A stretch of DNA of 63,064 nt, filler included, from Hyphochytrium catenoides (lineage: Eukaryota; Protista; Hyphochytriomycota), in NCBI GenBank assembly GCA_900088475.1. It is 11 parts of 11 records of this genome, joined end to end, with 100 filler letters (N's around TTAATTAATTAA, not from the genome) between each part and the next. Parts side by side here need not be neighbours in the genome. Positions count along the whole stretch, not along the records: positions 61,686 to 63,064 come from FLMG01000254.1; 10 more parts are not named here. One strand, 5' to 3'. The position numbers and the translations under genes were made by a program. This document shows positions 62,178-63,064 of the stretch, piece after piece. Numbering within the stretch: the first letter of the stretch is position 1; each line of letters starts with the position of its first letter. The notes below the pieces were generated by a model. The model was not told the DNA's origin, made no database searches, and was given only the letters and a program-made list of their open reading frames with translations.

Positions 62178-62216
<39 letters not shown>

Positions 62217-62409
62217 TCTTCTTTTTCTCTCTCTCCTCTCTCTGCGGCGTCACCTCTCTCTCAGTGTCTTCTCGATCACTGGCGACACGTAGCCAGGACG
62301 TAGATTATCAGAGATTATCATAGCTTTCCTGGTCGTTTCTCAGCACCACCTCCATCCCCTCCGTCTCTCTTCCTTCCACTCTTGCCATAAACTCGTGTCC
62401 TCTCTCTCT

Positions 62410-62450
<41 letters not shown>

Positions 62451-62503
62451 TCTTCTTTTTCTCTCTCTCCTCTCTCTGCGGCGTCACCTCTCTCTCAGTG
62501 TCT
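62032..62503. repeat. Near-perfect tandem duplication, ~236-bp unit x2
   Basis: CTTCTCGATCACTGGCGACACGTAGCCAGGACG...CTCTCAGTGT is repeated from ~62268 with only a few differences. Confidence 0.9.
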
Positions 62504-62624
62504 CTTTCTCTCTCTTTCTTTTTCTCTCTCTCCTCTCTCTTTCTAAGGCGTCACGCTCTCTCTTCCTCTCTCCCTCTCGACTGCGTGTCTCTCTCTCTCC
62601 TCTCGGTCTCTCTCTTTCTCCTCA

Positions 62625-62659
<35 letters not shown>

Positions 62660-63006
62660 TCCTCTCTCTCTCTCTCCCTTCCTAGATTTGTCCCATTTTC
62701 TATCTTCTCTCGAAGTTCCCGTTCTTTTGTAGGCACTGGTGGTCCACTTGTCTACTAGGGACAGCAATCTTCTTGTAACGCCCTCGGATGTAGCTGCCTC
62801 ACACATTTGTTTGGCAAACCCACTATACTTTTTGTAAAGAGTCTTAAGTTGAGTAAGAACTGGAAAGGTTCCCAAACTCACTTTGATATCAAACGCAGAG
62901 CGTTACGTGCGGGGTTGCGTTTTGACCTTTCAGAAGCCCCTTTGTCATAGATAATGTGCTCTCTCTCCCTCTCTCTCTCTCTCTCTGTGTCTCTTCTCTC
63001 GCTCGC

Positions 63007-63054
<48 letters not shown>

Positions 63055-63064
63055 CCCTTTCTGT

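Noticed and set aside
1-63064. Functional gene cluster across the window (e.g. ACS-like + AFG1 as mitochondrial neighbours)
   Set aside because: The genes lie on separate contigs joined by artificial linkers, so adjacency carries no information.

Overview
Eukaryotic genomic DNA, not one continuous locus. The window is 11 contigs joined by artificial N-TTAATTAATTAA-N linkers, so adjacency across linkers is meaningless. It has spliceosomal GT-AG introns and many (CT)n/(GA)n tracts, and probably comes from a microbial eukaryote of undetermined lineage. Genes: partial adenylosuccinate lyase, a secreted Reeler-domain protein, a 489-aa orphan ORF, dynactin p150Glued, a secreted beta/gamma-crystallin + Cys-rich protein, a divergent acetyl-CoA-synthetase-like gene, an AFG1/LACE1 ATPase with a C-terminal EF-hand, an XRRA1-like LRR gene and a partial SDR. 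Mobile DNA: the 3' half of a Ty3/Gypsy chromovirus, a related solo LTR with a 5-bp TSD, a non-autonomous hAT element encoding a BED-finger-only ORF, a ~0.9-kb foldback element, two decayed CRE-like RLE non-LTR fragments, and a 35-37-bp minisatellite ending in CCCTAA repeats. Best leads: the ACS-like protein lacking its P-loop, the AFG1-EF-hand fusion, introns with a 5' GA block and 3' CT block that could fold back, and the minisatellite/CCCTAA/RLE-retroelement arrangement. Exon structures were read by eye; all family assignments come from motif recognition, not database searches.
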